Below, one piece after another: positions 25,248-26,805 of a DNA stretch of 26,805 nt. This stretch comes from Abditibacteriaceae bacterium (GTDB lineage: Bacteria; Armatimonadota; Abditibacteriia; Abditibacteriales; Abditibacteriaceae). The stretch's first letter is position 1. Every line of letters begins with the position of its first letter. Made by a program: the position numbers and the translations under genes. The DNA lies in contig JANPJS010000113.1 in NCBI GenBank assembly GCA_031425655.1, positions 1 to 26,805 on the forward strand, read 5' to 3'. The notes beneath the pieces were generated by a model. It was given only the letters and a program-made list of their open reading frames with translations. It was not told the DNA's origin and ran no database searches.

Positions 25248-26714
25248 ATGGCTACCGAATCTTTTCCTAAAATTGGACATTTTCAGGATGTCGCGGCTTT
25301 TCGCGCGCGGCTGGACGAATTGAACATCGAATTGCCGCTCGACGACGAGTTACAAACCGCGCCGGCATCGCCTTTAGCGCAAACCGTTAACGTCAGCGGT
25401 TTTGAAGTCGGCAACCGCTGGGCGATTCATCCGATGGAAGGCTGGGACGGGACGGACGACGGGCATCCGACGCCGGAAATGGAGCGGCGCTGGCGGCGTT
25501 TCGGGCAAAGCGGCGCGAAAATCATCTGGGGCGGCGAAGCCGTTTCGGTGCGCCGCGATGGGCGCGCCAACCCGAATCAGCTTTATTTTCAGCCGAATAT
25601 CGAAAGCAGTCTGGCAGGCTTGCGCGAAGGCTTAGTCGAAGAACACGCGGCGCTTTACGGCAATACCGACGACTTGCTCGTCGGCCTGCAATTGACGCAT
25701 TCCGGGCGCTTTTCGCGGCCCAACGACAAGAAAAAACTGGAATCGCGCATCGTTTATCGCCATCCGATTTTGGATCGCAAATTCGGCATTGATTCCGACG
25801 ACGCGATCTTCAGCGACGACGAAATCAAGCAACTTATCGAGGATTATCACGCGGCGGCGAAGCAGGCTCAGGCCGCCGGTTTCGGCTTCGTGGACATCAA
25901 ACACTGCCACGGCTATTTAGGCCACGAGTTTTTGTCGGCGTTCACGCGACCCGGCGATTACGGCGGCTCATTTGAGAATCGCACGCGCTTTTTACGCGAA
26001 ATCGTGGCCGGAATCCGCGCCGAGTGCCCGAATCTGATTATCGGCGTGCGTCTTTCAGCTTTTGATTGGGTGCCTTTCAAACCCGACCCCGAAAAAGGCA
26101 CGCCGAAGCAGCTTGGCCCCGGCATTCCCGAAGATTTTAGCGGCGCCCTGCCCTATCGCTACGCTTTCAGCACCAATCCCGAAAATCCGGTCGAATACGA
26201 TTTGAGCGAGACGTTTCAGTTTTTCGAGCATCTGCGCGAATTAGGCATCACGTTCGTCAACCTCAGCGCCGGTTCGCCGTATTACAATCCGCACATTCAG
26301 CGCCCGGCGATTTATCCGCCCAGCGACGGCTACACGCCACCCGAAGACCCGTTAGTCGGCTGTGCGCGGCAAATCGGCGCGGTTGCAGAGATCAAGGCTC
26401 GGTTTCCCGACTTCGTTTTGGTCGGCTCGGCTTATACGTATTTGCAGGAATTTTTGCCGAATGTGGCGCAGGCGGCGGTGCGCGAAGGTTGGGTGGACGT
26501 GGTCGGATTGGGCCGCATGGTGCTGAGTTACCCCGAATTGCCCGCCGATATTCTGCGCGACGGGCAAATGAAACCGAAAGTTATTTGCCGCACCTTCAGC
26601 GATTGCACCACCGCGCCGCGCAACGGCCTGATTTCCGGCTGCTTTCCGTTGGACGATTATTACAAAAAGCATCCAGCGCGCTTGGAACTCAATCGCATTA
26701 AACGAGGGAAGTAA
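25248..26714 (+). CDS. NADH:flavin oxidoreductase, Old Yellow Enzyme-like TIM barrel
   Basis: NR.AIHPMEGWD, GLQLTHSGR, AGF..VDIKHCHGYLGHEFLS..TRPG.YGGSFENRTRF, GVRLS, GLGRM.LSYP. Confidence 0.9.
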   Translation: MATESFPKIGHFQDVAAFRARLDELNIELPLDDELQTAPASPLAQTVNVSGFEVGNRWAIHPMEGWDGTDDGHPTPEMERRWRRFGQSGAKIIWGGEAVSVRRDGRANPNQLYFQPNIESSLAGLREGLVEEHAALYGNTDDLLVGLQLTHSGRFSRPNDKKKLESRIVYRHPILDRKFGIDSDDAIFSDDEIKQLIEDYHAAAKQAQAAGFGFVDIKHCHGYLGHEFLSAFTRPGDYGGSFENRTRFLREIVAGIRAECPNLIIGVRLSAFDWVPFKPDPEKGTPKQLGPGIPEDFSGALPYRYAFSTNPENPVEYDLSETFQFFEHLRELGITFVNLSAGSPYYNPHIQRPAIYPPSDGYTPPEDPLVGCARQIGAVAEIKARFPDFVLVGSAYTYLQEFLPNVAQAAVREGWVDVVGLGRMVLSYPELPADILRDGQMKPKVICRTFSDCTTAPRNGLISGCFPLDDYYKKHPARLELNRIKRGK

Positions 26715-26717
26715 GAT

Positions 26718-26790
26718 TCACCGCAGAGGACGCCGAGGGCGCAGAGAATCCAGACACGGAGACAGGGAGACAAGGAGACAATGTAGGACA
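26718..26790 (+). repeat. Short tandem-repeat arms (CACCGCAGAGGACGCCGAGGGCGCAGAG; GGAGACAR octamers), probably left halves of further palindromes cut by the window edge
   Basis: 9-nt CGC(A/C)GAG periodicity at 26718-26748, then GACACGGA-GACAGGGA-GACAAGGA-GACAATG 8-nt periodicity. Confidence 0.55.
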
Positions 26791-26805
26791 GGTATAAGCT
26801 TCGTG

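Overview
Bacterial chromosomal window, GC-rich in coding regions. It holds about 24 mostly unrelated housekeeping or accessory genes and no rRNA, tRNA, CRISPR array, integrase or intact transposase. Genes in order: secreted CSLREA/choice-of-anchor-Q beta-helix protein (runs off the left edge, degenerate 3' part), pterin-carbinolamine dehydratase, xylB, alpha/beta hydrolase, NUDIX, orphan ABC ATPase, K/A/P-rich Zn-ribbon protein, GH89-like protein, DUF4964::HigA chimeric remnant, sugar ABC permease and binding protein, SirB1-like, rhodanese, apaG, ATL, Ser/Thr kinase, two gmd paralogs, lemA, DUF2207, speB, Uma2, AIM24 and an OYE-family flavin oxidoreductase. The most striking signal is non-coding. 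Many intergenic gaps hold a long palindrome from one of several unrelated repeat families. The same 15-nt hairpin (GGGTGCCCTYTGGGC) sits inside one arm of two different palindromes, each time adding exactly 15 nt, and is a candidate micro-insertion element. Other points: a 208-bp MITE with TIRs and TAA duplication, a GH89 whose two catalytic glutamates appear substituted, and several apparently leaderless genes. All family assignments are by motif recognition, without database searches.
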